The position numbers and the translations under genes are program-made. The notes below the pieces were generated by a model that worked only from the letters and a program-made list of their open reading frames with translations, did no database searches and was not told the DNA's origin. Positions 25,891-36,286 of a stretch of 64,000 bases of DNA are shown here, one piece after another (the first letter of the stretch is position 1; every line of letters starts with the position of its first letter). The DNA lies in the NCBI GenBank assembly GCA_963665095.1, contig OY762069.1, positions 4,768,001-4,832,000 of the forward strand, written 5' to 3'. This DNA comes from an uncultured Desulfobacter sp. Its GTDB lineage: Bacteria; Desulfobacterota; Desulfobacteria; Desulfobacterales; Desulfobacteraceae.

Positions 25891-26865
25891 ATGAGATATA
25901 AAATCTGTGTCACCGTTGTTTTTACTGTTGTATGTTTGCTTTCAGGGCTGATGCCTGGACTGTCCCAGGCTTTGGCCAATGATATCTCCACCCGCAGAAA
26001 AATAGCGCCCGGTGAAAAAACGGACAGGTTCAAGGCAAATGACGATATTATTAATTTTGGTGTGGAAGCCTTAGAATCAAAAGAGGTGATGAATAAAGCA
26101 TTTACCCCTTTGCTAAACTATATTGGCGAAAAAATAGGGAAACGGTTTATTATTAACTATTTTGTTGATGATAAGACCATTTTGACTCAACTGCTCAGAG
26201 GCTCCATACAGATCGCCCATTTTTCGTCCCAGGAGTATGCCCGGTGTTTGATAAAGCATGAGCCCGACATTCACTATATTGCGACGGTATGTAATTCAAC
26301 TAAGACGCCGTCTGATTTCTACTATGGGTATATTTTTACAAAAAAGGGTCGTCCGGCCCAAACCCTTAACGATCTGGCGGGCAGGACATTTGCCTTTGTC
26401 AACCGGACATCTGGCAGCGGCTACTATTATCCGCTGATGCTTTTTCGGAAAGCAGGCATTGAGCCTGACAGTTTTTTCTCCCGCACACTGTTTCTCGGTG
26501 ACCATCCGGAAGTTACCGCCGGTGTTATCAGTGAAACGGTTTATGCCGGGGCCACCTATGACGGCAACTACCGGAATGCTGCGGAATCTTGTGGCAATTG
26601 CCTGAAGATTATTGAAAAATCTCCTCCAATACCCAATGAGCCCTGGGTGGCCGGAAAAGGCGTTTCAAAAGAAATTATAGACAATATACGCCATGTACTG
26701 CTATTGATTACGCCCGAAAGCAGGTCTTCAGACGGCAGGCCGGCTGTCAGCACCGTCCTGAGGGAGGGCCTGGAGGTTGATTCATTCACGGTTCATGATC
26801 CGTCCTTCTACCAGGTCGTGGTGGACATGCTCAATTACACAGGACTAAATTCATTTGATAATTAA
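25891..26865 (+). CDS. PhnD/phosphonate-type periplasmic binding protein
   Basis: Signal peptide; YYGYIF, DLAGRTFAFVNRTSGSGYYYP, FLGDH, SPPIPNEPW. Confidence 0.8.
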   Translation: MRYKICVTVVFTVVCLLSGLMPGLSQALANDISTRRKIAPGEKTDRFKANDDIINFGVEALESKEVMNKAFTPLLNYIGEKIGKRFIINYFVDDKTILTQLLRGSIQIAHFSSQEYARCLIKHEPDIHYIATVCNSTKTPSDFYYGYIFTKKGRPAQTLNDLAGRTFAFVNRTSGSGYYYPLMLFRKAGIEPDSFFSRTLFLGDHPEVTAGVISETVYAGATYDGNYRNAAESCGNCLKIIEKSPPIPNEPWVAGKGVSKEIIDNIRHVLLLITPESRSSDGRPAVSTVLREGLEVDSFTVHDPSFYQVVVDMLNYTGLNSFDN

Positions 26866-29098
26866 GCCAGGCCGATTTTTTCATATACCCACACTTAAAT
26901 TTAAATCGATCTTCGTTTTGGGTAATCTGTTTAAAAACATCTCCCTGACGGGAAAAGCCAGGCTGTTTCTGCTTTCAATTTTACTGCCTTTCTGCCTGAT
27001 CCTCAGCATATCCCTGACCTTACTGTGGCAGCGGACCAATGCTTTTTTTGACAAGCATGTGACCCAGTCTGAAAATCTTGTGCAGCGCAGTCTTGATAAT
27101 TACAAAAAAAATGCCCTGATATACGCCCATGTGATTTCAGAAAACATTCTGGTTCGCCAGGCAGTTTATCTGGATGATGTGAGTAATTTAAAAAATATTA
27201 TCTCACACCGACTGGTATCTGAATTCAATGCCAGTAATATTTCAGTGTTTGATGCGGCCGGACTGATGCTTTACCAGGTGGCTGACACTGTGCCGATACC
27301 AGATCCATCGGGAACACGGGTGATGAAAGAGGTCCTGGACGGCAATACTCTGGTTTCCATTCATCGCAGCAGAGAAAGTATTATCCTGGAAACCTTTTGT
27401 CCGGTTTTCCACACCAACCTGGACAATATGGTGGTGGGTGCTGTCTGTGTGGATTATCGCATAAACAATGATTTTGCCCGCGCCATTAAAAATACCTGTG
27501 GTGTGGACATTGTTCTTTTTGATAACGGCCGCCTTGTGGCCTCCTCCTTTCCGGAAACAACCCGGATAAAAATGGTGTCAGGCGTTGCAGACACCGGAAA
27601 ATCAGGAAAAAAAATTCCGGTTATCGTAGACAATACCAGCTATGATGCCGTCTGCCTGAAATTCAAAGGCAAAGAATTATGCGCTCTGGCGCTTTATGTG
27701 GTCCTGGACCATTCTGTACTTAAAAATGCTTTGGGAAAAACCATTAAGATTCTTCTTGTGGCTTTTTTAATTTTAGGGGGCCTTGGGGCTGTCATGGCCA
27801 TGCTCATTGCAGGGGAAGTGGTGCAATCCATGAACAAGGTCATCCGCCATGCCAGAGACCTGTCTGTCCGGCATTTTGACAAACCCATTGAGATTACCGG
27901 GAAGGATGAATTTTCAGAAGTGGCTCAGGCGTTCAACCTGATGTCCAGGCGCTTGAAGGTAAGTTTCCGGCATATTGAAGATCAGGCTCTGGAACTTGAA
28001 AAAACCAAGACATATCTGAATAATGTTATTGATTCCATGCCGCTGGTGCTCATTGGTCTTAATCAAGAAGGAAACATTACATTTTTAAATAAAAAGGGCC
28101 GTACAATTCACGGCGAATCTGTCAGCAATAGTGCGGGCAGTGGATCAGTCCAATATAAAGAGTTATTAAAAGGCTATGATGCATCTGCCCAGACCGCTGT
28201 TGAACAGGTTATTACCACACTTCGTCCTGCCCGGCTTGAGATGGTGGGTTTTCAGAAAGACAAAGAGCAGCTGTTTCACCGTTTTACAGTCTTTCCGGTT
28301 CTGGCAGGAGATGACAGCTGTGCCATGATCTGCATTGAAGACACAACAGAACAGCATTTAATGGAACTGCGTCTGCGCCAGTCTCAGAAGATGGAATCCA
28401 TTGGCCGGCTTGCCGGGGGGATTGCCCATGACTTCAACAACATCCTTACCAGTATCTTCGGCAACATCCATCTGTCCAGAATGACAGTTAATGAGCCAGA
28501 TGCCGTCACGGGTTATCTTGATAAGCTTGACATTGCAGCACAACGGGCCGCTGGGCTGATACGACAGATTCTGACCTTCAGCCGTCAAACCAAGCCCCAG
28601 AAAAAAGAAATTCAGCTCCAGGGTGTGGTGAATGAGGCACTGAAACTGCTCAGATCAACCCTTCCCACCGCCATTGAAGTAAAGGAACAACTTGAATCCC
28701 GATCTTACATTCTGGCAGATGCCACCCAGATGCTTCAGGTGGTCATGAATCTTTGTACCAATGCCTATGCGGCAATGGAGGGAACTAAAGGCCTTTTGAC
28801 CGTGACCCTGAAAGATATAAAATTTACAGACAGCGGGATTTATTTCCCTGATTGTCCCATCAGTGAGTTATACCTTCGTCTTGAGGTCATTGATACCGGA
28901 AAGGGAATGGACGAGAAAACCCTTGAAAAGGCATTTGATCCCTATTTTACCACTAAGGAAATCGGCAGGGGAACAGGGCTTGGTCTCACCCTGGTGCAAT
29001 CCATTGTGGCAGAGCATCAGGGGATTTTGAATGTGCGGAGTATGCCTGGAAAAGGCAGCCGGTTTCAACTGTTTTTTCCCATCGTCTCGCCCTCATGA
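26855..29098 (+). CDS. Sensor histidine kinase (Cache-like, HAMP, PAS, HisKA, HATPase); no receiver domain
   Basis: QSQKMESIGRLAGGIAHDFNNIL, QVVMNLCTNA, DTGKGM, FDPYFTTKEIGRGTGLGL. Start codon uncertain. Confidence 0.9.
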   Translation: MIIKPGRFFHIPTLKFKSIFVLGNLFKNISLTGKARLFLLSILLPFCLILSISLTLLWQRTNAFFDKHVTQSENLVQRSLDNYKKNALIYAHVISENILVRQAVYLDDVSNLKNIISHRLVSEFNASNISVFDAAGLMLYQVADTVPIPDPSGTRVMKEVLDGNTLVSIHRSRESIILETFCPVFHTNLDNMVVGAVCVDYRINNDFARAIKNTCGVDIVLFDNGRLVASSFPETTRIKMVSGVADTGKSGKKIPVIVDNTSYDAVCLKFKGKELCALALYVVLDHSVLKNALGKTIKILLVAFLILGGLGAVMAMLIAGEVVQSMNKVIRHARDLSVRHFDKPIEITGKDEFSEVAQAFNLMSRRLKVSFRHIEDQALELEKTKTYLNNVIDSMPLVLIGLNQEGNITFLNKKGRTIHGESVSNSAGSGSVQYKELLKGYDASAQTAVEQVITTLRPARLEMVGFQKDKEQLFHRFTVFPVLAGDDSCAMICIEDTTEQHLMELRLRQSQKMESIGRLAGGIAHDFNNILTSIFGNIHLSRMTVNEPDAVTGYLDKLDIAAQRAAGLIRQILTFSRQTKPQKKEIQLQGVVNEALKLLRSTLPTAIEVKEQLESRSYILADATQMLQVVMNLCTNAYAAMEGTKGLLTVTLKDIKFTDSGIYFPDCPISELYLRLEVIDTGKGMDEKTLEKAFDPYFTTKEIGRGTGLGLTLVQSIVAEHQGILNVRSMPGKGSRFQLFFPIVSPS

Positions 29099-29352
29099 CC
29101 GGTATTGCGGCAGGCGCACAAAAAAGCACTGCCAGAGATGCGCCGAAAAGGACCGGCACGCCGGTAGAAAAAGGACCGTTATCGAGCAAAGGACCGGTGT
29201 CTGTTGGGAAAAGGTCCGTATTAGAACAATCTAATATGTTCAGTTGTCAAGTTTTTTAATTTTGCGCCCTGTTTTTCCCGATTGATACTGGCCTTTTTTT
29301 TGTCAAACTGGTACTAAGATCGCCAACTGCAACCCTCTTCAGGAAAATAACC

Positions 29353-30297
29353 ATGACAGACGATTTAAAAGTATTCTCCGGCGGATCCAATCAGGATCTT
29401 GCCTTGGAGATCTGCCGGAATATCGGAATTCCTTTAAGTCCGTTACAAACCTCACGGTTTTCAAACGATAACCTGTTTGTACAGATCCAGGAGAGCGTCA
29501 GGGAGAAGGACGTGTTTGTGGTCCAGTCTCTGACCGCGCCGGTGAGCGACCACCTCATGGAACTGATGATCACCCTGGATGCCCTGCGCAGTGCATCTGC
29601 CAAACGGATTACAGCCGTAATTCCCTACTATTCCTACGCCCGGTCTGATAAAAAAGATGCCCCCAGAATTTCAATTACAGCCCGGCTCGTGGCAGATCTT
29701 CTGAAAACAGCCGGGGCTGACCGGGTGCTGACCATGGACCTGCATGCCGATGCCGTACATGGCTTTTTCAGCATTCCTGTGGACCATTTAACCGCCATGC
29801 CCACTATCTGTGATTATTTTGCCGATCTTCTGGATCTGTCCAAGGTGGTGGTGGTGGCAACCGATGCCGGCGGGGCCAAGCGGGCCGGACGGTTTGCCAA
29901 ACGGCTGGATACCTCCCTTGCCATTATTGACAAACGCCGTATCAGCGACTCCAATGTTCAGCAGGGGCTGGTTGTGGGAAAGGTGGAAGGCCTGGATGCC
30001 GTTGTCTTTGATGATGAAATTTCCACCGGCGGCACCCTGGTCAGCACTGTGGAGACGTTGAACCGGGCCGGTGCGGCCAATGTCTATGTCGGAGCGACCC
30101 ATCCGGTTCTTTGCGGGAACGCGGTGGAAAATTTAGCTGCCGCCGCCATTTCACAGATTGTGGTTGCCAACACGGTGGGTATTCCGGAATCAAAACAATT
30201 TCCAGCGCTTAAAATTCTGTCTGTGGCCCCGCTTTTTGCACGGGCTATCCAGCACATTCATACCGGGGAAAGTGTTTCAGCGCTGTTTAAGCCATGA
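29353..30297 (+). CDS. prs: Ribose-phosphate pyrophosphokinase
   Basis: VIPYYSYARSDKK, MDLHAD, VFDDEISTGGT, ATHPV. Confidence 0.95.
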   Translation: MTDDLKVFSGGSNQDLALEICRNIGIPLSPLQTSRFSNDNLFVQIQESVREKDVFVVQSLTAPVSDHLMELMITLDALRSASAKRITAVIPYYSYARSDKKDAPRISITARLVADLLKTAGADRVLTMDLHADAVHGFFSIPVDHLTAMPTICDYFADLLDLSKVVVVATDAGGAKRAGRFAKRLDTSLAIIDKRRISDSNVQQGLVVGKVEGLDAVVFDDEISTGGTLVSTVETLNRAGAANVYVGATHPVLCGNAVENLAAAAISQIVVANTVGIPESKQFPALKILSVAPLFARAIQHIHTGESVSALFKP

Positions 30298-30352
30298 GAT
30301 AAAGCCTGCCCACAGACATTTTGCTGCGGGCAGGCCCTGACTCAAACAGACA

Positions 30353-31441
30353 TTACCCAAAAAGTTCGCCCATCCGGAACAGCAGATCAAAGTTTCCGTC
30401 AACGGTATATTTTTTATCCATGAATGCCTGCTGACCGTCTGTTTTGCCTGTGAGCACATCCATCCACACGTCAAAGGGTGTGTTAAATACGAGATCGGCC
30501 TTGCCTGCCGTACTGTTTTCAGCAGGGCCGTGGGCACCTGTGACCTGGCCGTTATTTATTGTGAAGTGGCATATGCCTTCCACAGTGCCTGTAAAGTTGA
30601 ACTGAAGAGTTGCCTTGGTATCCCCCGCCCCTTGGGGATTAAAACCCATGGAAAAAATTTTGATAAAGGTGTCAATGGAATCAGGACGGGGGATCAGGCC
30701 TTTTTCACCGAATTCCCGGGGTGTCGCATTTTCCCCAATGCATGATTTCCAGAAAACATTAACCATTTGGGCCATTGTCTTTTTATCTTCCATAAGATCC
30801 CGGGTGATCCGGTCCATGGTTTCCGGCTGAATGGCCAGGGACTCAACAATCTCTCGTCCTGCCTGCCGTGTGGCATCTAAAATGTCATTTGCCCGGGTCT
30901 GGACAAAGGCCTGGGTCAGCATTTCAGCTGCCGGCCGATAGATCTCCGCCACAAGCCGGTCTTCTCTGCCGTAAATGAACCTCACCCATGAAGAGAGCTG
31001 GTTAAAGACACTATATTCCGGAAACCCCGCCACTGAAAGAAAAACCGCTTTAGGGGCGTTGTGTCGCTGGGGGTGAAACATATCGCCTTCTTTCCCCTCC
31101 CTGAAAAACGGTTCAAGTACGGGCAGGGTCCGTTCCACAAACGCCTTCATGGATGCGTTCAGGGTGTAATGATAAAGGGGGGATGCATAGACGGCCAGAT
31201 CGCAATTCAACCATTTTGAAAAAAGCTCCCTGCTCATGTCATCCTTGTGAATGCATACTCCCGGTGTTTTGGTCCAGCAGGAAAAACAGCCGATACAATA
31301 CCGGATGTTCTTCTTCCTTAAATTAACGGTTTCCACGGTTGCACCGGCCTCCCGCATGCCCCGGACAAGCGCATTCAGCATCAGTTCCGTTTTGCTCTGG
31401 CCGTCACCCCGGGGACTTGAATTTAAAGCAAGTATTTTCAT
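30353..31441 (-). CDS. Iron-sulfur flavoprotein/FMN reductase family with a C-terminal SCP2 domain
   Basis: NSSPRG, CIGCFSCW..C, ASPLY; SCP2-like tail QFNFTG...DGQQAFMDKKYTVDGNF. Confidence 0.85.
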   Translation of the reverse strand: MKILALNSSPRGDGQSKTELMLNALVRGMREAGATVETVNLRKKNIRYCIGCFSCWTKTPGVCIHKDDMSRELFSKWLNCDLAVYASPLYHYTLNASMKAFVERTLPVLEPFFREGKEGDMFHPQRHNAPKAVFLSVAGFPEYSVFNQLSSWVRFIYGREDRLVAEIYRPAAEMLTQAFVQTRANDILDATRQAGREIVESLAIQPETMDRITRDLMEDKKTMAQMVNVFWKSCIGENATPREFGEKGLIPRPDSIDTFIKIFSMGFNPQGAGDTKATLQFNFTGTVEGICHFTINNGQVTGAHGPAENSTAGKADLVFNTPFDVWMDVLTGKTDGQQAFMDKKYTVDGNFDLLFRMGELFG

Positions 31442-31460
31442 AACAGACTCCTTGAAAGGT

Positions 31461-31506
31461 AAGAAAGCGCCATCTTCAGTATCCTGAAGCTGGCGCTTTC
31501 TTTTTT
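31461..31506. terminator. Hairpin terminator downstream of the porin gene
   Basis: aagaaagcgccatcttcag-tatc-ctgaagctggcgctttctt, one mismatch. Confidence 0.65.
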
Positions 31507-31640
31507 ATCCTAAAAGCTGGGTTTTCCAGTTTCCTGAAACTTATCCCTGTGGCAAATGGGTGGTGCCCTTTGGCCGGGGACAGGTCTTAACGGGCGGAAA
31601 AACCCCTAGGTTTTATGGTATCCGGTAAATGGTTACATTG

Positions 31641-32654
31641 TTAGAAGTTGATCTGCCATTTCATGCCGTAGTAAAGAGTTTCTTTGTCGCCGTCTTCATC
31701 GCCTGCAAAGAAACCAACTTCAGGGGTAATGCATACGCCCGAGGCTATGGTGATGGGAGCTGTAACATAGTACGCGGAAACTTTATCATCAACATCATCA
31801 AGTTCAGACTGAACATAACCATAACCAGCTTCAATAGTGAACATGTCACTGATTTTGTAGCCGGCAACTAACAGGAAGCCAAAGCAATCGTTGTCAACTA
31901 CGTCTCCGCCGGCGATTGCGCCAACGCCGTCGCTCCAGCCGTTGTCGCCGTCAACGGAAATAGCGATCAGGTTGCCCGGGTTCTGTCCGAAGAAAGTATC
32001 ACCGGCCACAAAAAATCCAGCAACGCTGAACTTGGCGCCCACAGCCAGAACATAGGAGTCAACATCATAATCTTTACCACCGGTGGTGGTTTCAAACGTA
32101 CTGTATCCGCCGGCGACGGCCAGGGAAAAGCTATCCAGGTTAAGGCTGTATTTCGCTTCAATGGCGGGCATAACAACTTCGGTAGATCCACCACCGCCTA
32201 CAGTTGTGCTCGGGGCAAGGAATGCAACCTGAAAACCGCCGAAGCTCAAGCGAAGCATCGGTTGACGGCCGGAGTAAACGCCGCCTTGTGCCAGCAGGCC
32301 ATTGTCAGCCCCGTAAACCTGGTTGGAGTAAAACATATTCAGCGGTGTGTAGGTCTGGCCAACCAGCAATTTGCCGGCCCCGAAGTTCCATTCGCCGTAA
32401 AGCATACGGACATTAACGCCGGTACCGTATTCAAAGCGCCCTGTAAGTTCATCAGATACCTTGACATTTGCACCGATACGGGAGTTGCCCTGGAGGGATT
32501 CAGAAAATGTTACATCGCCGCTGGCACCGGAAATGGTATCAACATCTGACCAGAAAGTTGCGATACGCGCACTTCCATAAAAATTCCAATCTGCTGCATA
32601 GGCAGAGCCCGCCATTAAAGCAAGTGTTGCAAATACTGCAAAAACTTTTTTCAT
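31641..32654 (-). CDS. Outer-membrane porin
   Basis: Signal peptide AYA|ADW; alternating beta-strand pattern; C-terminal WQINF. Confidence 0.85.
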   Translation of the reverse strand: MKKVFAVFATLALMAGSAYAADWNFYGSARIATFWSDVDTISGASGDVTFSESLQGNSRIGANVKVSDELTGRFEYGTGVNVRMLYGEWNFGAGKLLVGQTYTPLNMFYSNQVYGADNGLLAQGGVYSGRQPMLRLSFGGFQVAFLAPSTTVGGGGSTEVVMPAIEAKYSLNLDSFSLAVAGGYSTFETTTGGKDYDVDSYVLAVGAKFSVAGFFVAGDTFFGQNPGNLIAISVDGDNGWSDGVGAIAGGDVVDNDCFGFLLVAGYKISDMFTIEAGYGYVQSELDDVDDKVSAYYVTAPITIASGVCITPEVGFFAGDEDGDKETLYYGMKWQINF

Positions 32655-33114
32655 CTTTGTCTCCTTTTTAAGATTGGTTTGCGTACCGGATTACCCCAAA
32701 ACCTGGCGGAACCAGAATCTGTACTGCTGTTCTTTTATTAATCGTATTAATTATTTTGTATTAACACAATTAATGTCTCCATGAAGCAGTCAAAGCTGCG
32801 CCTGTATCAATGCCCCTTGTTACAGGTTAACGGGAACATATTTAAAAGAACTGCAAAAACAGGACTGGAACCGATTAACGTCCTACGATGGAATCACGAT
32901 TTTTGTCAACATTTTATTTCATTTGTTGCTGGTTGTGATCGGGTATTTTGGACTAAAACATTAGATATATTTTGTAAAATCAAATAATTATATTAAATGA
33001 ATTAAATTCAGCGTGTAAATAATATTTTACAAATATTTACATTACCATGTTAAGCATTGTCTTTTTAACCAAGGTTTTCAACATGTCTGGAACGTCGTCA
33101 GGCTATATATGTCG

Positions 33115-34521
33115 TCACTTGGAAACTGCGGCAACCGCGGCGGCCACCTGCTCCTCAGGCAGTGCGATTTCCCGTATATATGCCGGCAAACTGTCATAGA
33201 CTGTTTTGGGCTGGCGGATGCTTCTGTTGCTGTCTATGGCAAGATCGCCTGTCTGTTCCCCCGCGTTAAAAGGGTCCGGCCGGGAAAATATGGGCATCTG
33301 GTCTTTATCGGTAAAGGCAAGAACCAGGGGCCCTTCACTTTCCAGGACGTAAGCCATCTGCCCGTTCTTAAGAAATACAATGCTGCCCGGCGGATAGAGC
33401 CCGACTGTTTTTACAAACGCATGAAGAATATATTGAAGCATGGGGTCTTTGTGTACATAATTTCGAAACAGGCCGGTGACAGCAGTGACCTGGTTGACGG
33501 CATCCTGGTAGCTGCGCTTTGAGACCATGGCATCATAAATATCCATCAGCTTGCAGATTCGGACATAGGGCGGCATCATGCCGCTGTCCAGGCCTGCCGG
33601 ATAGCATCCGGGCTCTCCCTCGTATATTGGGCCGTGGTGATACCGGATCATGTTGCTGAGAATGGGGTTGTCCAAATGGTTTTTTTCAATGAGTGTGAAT
33701 CCAAAATCATTGGCATGCCTGTGCAGCAGTTTGGTCTCCTCTTTGGTCAGGGCAGACGGTTTGTTTAAAAGCTCTTCAGGCACCATGGATTTCCCAAGGT
33801 CATAAATGAACATGCCAAAGCTCATCTCCTCTATCTCTTCGGGATAGTAATAAGAGAACATGCCGGAAGATTTTTTCCCGGACAGGGCGGGTGATGACCA
33901 GAGGGATTTTTCCACGGCATGTGAAAAGGCCCTGTTAAACCGGTGCAGTACCTGGGAACCCAGGGCGCAGACATTGGCGGCATGGGTGTAAAAATAGTCA
34001 TCGTAAAAAAACCACTCCCGTGGTGCGTAGGTAAAGGGGTGGCGCTCCTGTTCGGCAAATGAGGCCAGTTCGGATGCCTGGTCTGATACTTCATCCACAT
34101 CAAACTCGCCTTTTGTCTGCCGGATCTGGTTCACCGCTGTTTTGATGCTGGCCTGGGCTTTGAGGCTGATGGTTTCAGCATATCTGCGAAGTTCCTGAAT
34201 CTCCTTAAGCCGCCGGGTCACATCTCTGGTTTTGGCCGGTACCTGATCCGCAAGGGATTTGGACGAAAGGGTGGGAAGGCCGGAAGACTCAACATTAATT
34301 TTATTTCCTGAGGCATCAAAGACCCCGCCGTTGCTGGCCACCGGTACCTGCCGCAGGCCGTTGTTACGCACGAATTCAAGCGGCTTTGTCTTATCAACCA
34401 TCACATCTCTGGCAAGAAGAAGCGTGCCGTTGCTGTCATACACATCCACCCCGGTCTGTACCCGCCCGCCCTGGCGAACAATATCTATAAGCTTGTCTAT
34501 GGATATTCGTGCTTCAATCAT
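33115..34521 (-). CDS. HD-GYP domain protein, degenerate (HD replaced by YD)
   Basis: THAANV, IYDLGKS, YHHG..GCYP, MDIYDAM, GLYPPGSIV. Confidence 0.85.
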   Translation of the reverse strand: MIEARISIDKLIDIVRQGGRVQTGVDVYDSNGTLLLARDVMVDKTKPLEFVRNNGLRQVPVASNGGVFDASGNKINVESSGLPTLSSKSLADQVPAKTRDVTRRLKEIQELRRYAETISLKAQASIKTAVNQIRQTKGEFDVDEVSDQASELASFAEQERHPFTYAPREWFFYDDYFYTHAANVCALGSQVLHRFNRAFSHAVEKSLWSSPALSGKKSSGMFSYYYPEEIEEMSFGMFIYDLGKSMVPEELLNKPSALTKEETKLLHRHANDFGFTLIEKNHLDNPILSNMIRYHHGPIYEGEPGCYPAGLDSGMMPPYVRICKLMDIYDAMVSKRSYQDAVNQVTAVTGLFRNYVHKDPMLQYILHAFVKTVGLYPPGSIVFLKNGQMAYVLESEGPLVLAFTDKDQMPIFSRPDPFNAGEQTGDLAIDSNRSIRQPKTVYDSLPAYIREIALPEEQVAAAVAAVSK

Positions 34522-35362
34522 GGGTCATAATCGCCTCAACCTGCCCTGACAGGGCAATAAATTCTTCAACACTCAGGGTTTCGGCCCGCCTGGACGGATC
34601 AATACCTGCCTTTTCCAGGGCAATGCCCGCCTGCTGCTTTTCCAAACCAAGTTCTCCGCCGGATATGGAATTTTGAAGGGTCTTTCTGCGTTTGGAAAAA
34701 GCCGCTTTAATAACCTCGAACAGCAAATCTTCTTTATCCGCGTTCATGCCGGGGGTATCAAAAAAATCAAAGCGCAGCACGGTGGAATCCACTTCCGGCC
34801 TTGGGAAAAAAGCATTCGGGCCGATAACTGTCACCCGGCGGATGCTTGATGCGTACTGCACCACAGCAGATAACCTTGAGAAATCCCTGGTACCGGCAGG
34901 GGCTAAAATTCGTTCTGCAAGTTCCTTTTGGAACATGAGAAATGCTCGGTCCACAACCTGCCGGGCTTTGATCAGTTTAAACAGAATCTGTGATGAAATA
35001 TTATACGGCAGATTTCCAATTACCACCAGGTTTTCCGTGCCGGCAATTTCTTTAATGTCAGTTTTTAATATATCCTGACAAAGAACAGTTACGTTTGAAA
35101 TCTCTTGTTCCGCAAGTTCTCCTTCCAACACAGGGACGATGCGCCGGTCTTTTTCAACTGCCACCACCTGTTTTGCGGCTCTGGCCAGAGGCGTGGTCAA
35201 GGCACCTAACCCCGGTCCGATTTCAAGAACTTTTGTGTTTTTATCAATGCCGGTATTGTCCACAATCATTTGAGCTGTTCCCGGATGGGATAAAAAATTT
35301 TGTCCCATTTCCTTTCCGGCGTAGAGTCCGTTTCTTTTTAATAATTCACCGGGGTGTGTCAT
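34514..35362 (-). CDS. rsmA: 16S rRNA adenine dimethyltransferase
   Basis: GQNFL, LEIGPGLGALT, GNLPYNISS, FQKELAERI, FFPRPEVDS, RRKTL. Confidence 0.96.
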   Translation of the reverse strand: MTHPGELLKRNGLYAGKEMGQNFLSHPGTAQMIVDNTGIDKNTKVLEIGPGLGALTTPLARAAKQVVAVEKDRRIVPVLEGELAEQEISNVTVLCQDILKTDIKEIAGTENLVVIGNLPYNISSQILFKLIKARQVVDRAFLMFQKELAERILAPAGTRDFSRLSAVVQYASSIRRVTVIGPNAFFPRPEVDSTVLRFDFFDTPGMNADKEDLLFEVIKAAFSKRRKTLQNSISGGELGLEKQQAGIALEKAGIDPSRRAETLSVEEFIALSGQVEAIMTHD

Positions 35363-35580
35363 TTATTCTGTCCTTTTCTTGTTTCAGTATCTGATTTCAG
35401 AAGGCGTATGCGCCAAATGATTTTATCCTAATTCGTTCCTGGCAGGGAGCTGGCAGCGGGCAGGATTCCTCAAGGTTTTATTTCCAAGTAAAGACCAGTA
35501 AACCACAGTTTTTTCTTAAATTCCATTAAATTTAACAGGCCCTTTTGGAATTTTTTTACTATAATTTAGATATAGACTAC

Positions 35581-35609
35581 TTGACTTTATAAAAGTTAAG
35601 AAGTAATTT
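35581..35609 (+). promoter_or_regulatory. Putative sigma70 promoter
   Basis: TTGACT-N17-TAATTT, about 235 nt upstream of the ATG at 35844. Confidence 0.5.
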
Positions 35610-35843
35610 TTAGAGATTAAGGGAAAAATCAACCAGAAGCGATATCCGGTAAATTAGTTAGAGATCATTGCCAAGCCCGGACTGAACAGGCAACGGTCAG
35701 TCTGACCTTAATCACACCTTATGACAGTTGCACGCGAATTTGAAATGCAAACCGGTAAGGAAAAATCTGCCGGTCTGAACATGGTGGGCTGACGGGGAAG
35801 CCGGCCGGTTTGGGAAAATATCAATATCAAAAGGGGGTAGTGA

Positions 35844-36203
35844 ATGGAACCGACAGAGTTCAGCACCAATTGGGAGAATTTTATTAAAATGCTTCTTCAT
35901 CGACTGGATATACCAACCAAAGAAGACATTGCTAATCTCCACAAGCGGCTTGACAAGCTAGAACAATTGATTTATCAGAATCATCCGTCAAGCAGGCAGA
36001 AAGGCAAAAGCCGGACCCCGAGGAAGAAAAGTGCCTCCTCCATCGTGCTTGGCATTATTGGCAATCATCCGGACGGCACCAATTTTAAAACCATTAAGGC
36101 CGCCACGGGTTTTGATGATAAAAAGCTGCGAAATATTATTTTCAGGCTGGATAAAATAGAAAAAATTAAACGGGTCAGCCGGGGCATCTATAAAAAAATT
36201 TAG
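35844..36203 (+). CDS. Small protein with a phasin-like coiled coil and a C-terminal winged-helix-like domain
   Basis: LDIPTKEDIANLHKRLDKLE; basic linker; IKAATGFDDKKLRNIIFRL...RVSRGIY. Confidence 0.75.
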   Translation: MEPTEFSTNWENFIKMLLHRLDIPTKEDIANLHKRLDKLEQLIYQNHPSSRQKGKSRTPRKKSASSIVLGIIGNHPDGTNFKTIKAATGFDDKKLRNIIFRLDKIEKIKRVSRGIYKKI

Positions 36204-36286
36204 CTGCCGAAATAATACTCAGACAGGGTGGCGTGCCTTTTGGCAGTCCCTGAAGATGATATGATTAACCCGTTACAGGAAGATAT

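Noticed and set aside
29142..29218. Mini-CRISPR
   Set aside because: Repeats are 9 bp with 9-14 bp gaps and no cas genes are present.
35745..35815. GEMM-like fragments (gcaaacc..gaaa..ccggtct)
   Set aside because: The central GACGCAAA junction is missing, so a riboswitch cannot be supported.
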